Assembly: GCF_009914755.1 (NCBI RefSeq) | Contig: NC_060932.1 | Reading direction: 5' to 3' (one strand) | DNA: 64,000 nucleotides | From: the human T2T-CHM13v2.0 reference genome, Homo sapiens | Shown: piece after piece, positions 61,990 through 64,000 of the stretch | Layout: every line of letters begins with the position of its first letter | Numbering within the stretch: the stretch's first letter is position 1 | Made by a program: the position numbers and the translations under genes | The notes under the pieces: generated by a model | Databases searched by the model: none | What the model saw: the letters and a program-made list of their open reading frames with translations, nothing else | Told to the model about the DNA's origin: nothing

Positions 61990-64000
<2,011 letters not shown>

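Overview
Primate (very probably human) intergenic or intronic DNA that is extremely Alu-rich, with roughly 90-100 Alu copies or fragments by eye. There is no intact protein-coding gene, tRNA, rRNA or CRISPR array. Main landmarks: (1) a CpG-rich solo LTR12C (ERV9) LTR at 1196-3424, nested inside an AluJ that lies in an old L1 and itself carrying a young AluYa5; (2) a second, consensus-like AluYa5 at 30175-30479 abutting a MER52/LTR27-28-like ERV1 LTR; (3) a full-length processed RPL13A pseudogene (35065-35752, minus strand); (4) old L1M, L2, MIR, MER2 and MER5 relics and microsatellites. The most unusual signals are structural. An MLT1B LTR fragment appears to have been copied by L1 from a polyadenylated RNA (62082-62284). 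Several locally templated rearrangements are visible (inverted duplication at 24862-25672, patchwork insert at 30020-30131, hairpin copy at 16248-16281, and others). There is also an AT-rich palindrome (51019-51122) and a set of candidate LTR12C-driven lncRNA exons. I found no convincing evidence of a wholly new biological system. Repeat subfamily names come from recalled consensus sequences, not a database search, and coordinates of old repeats are approximate.
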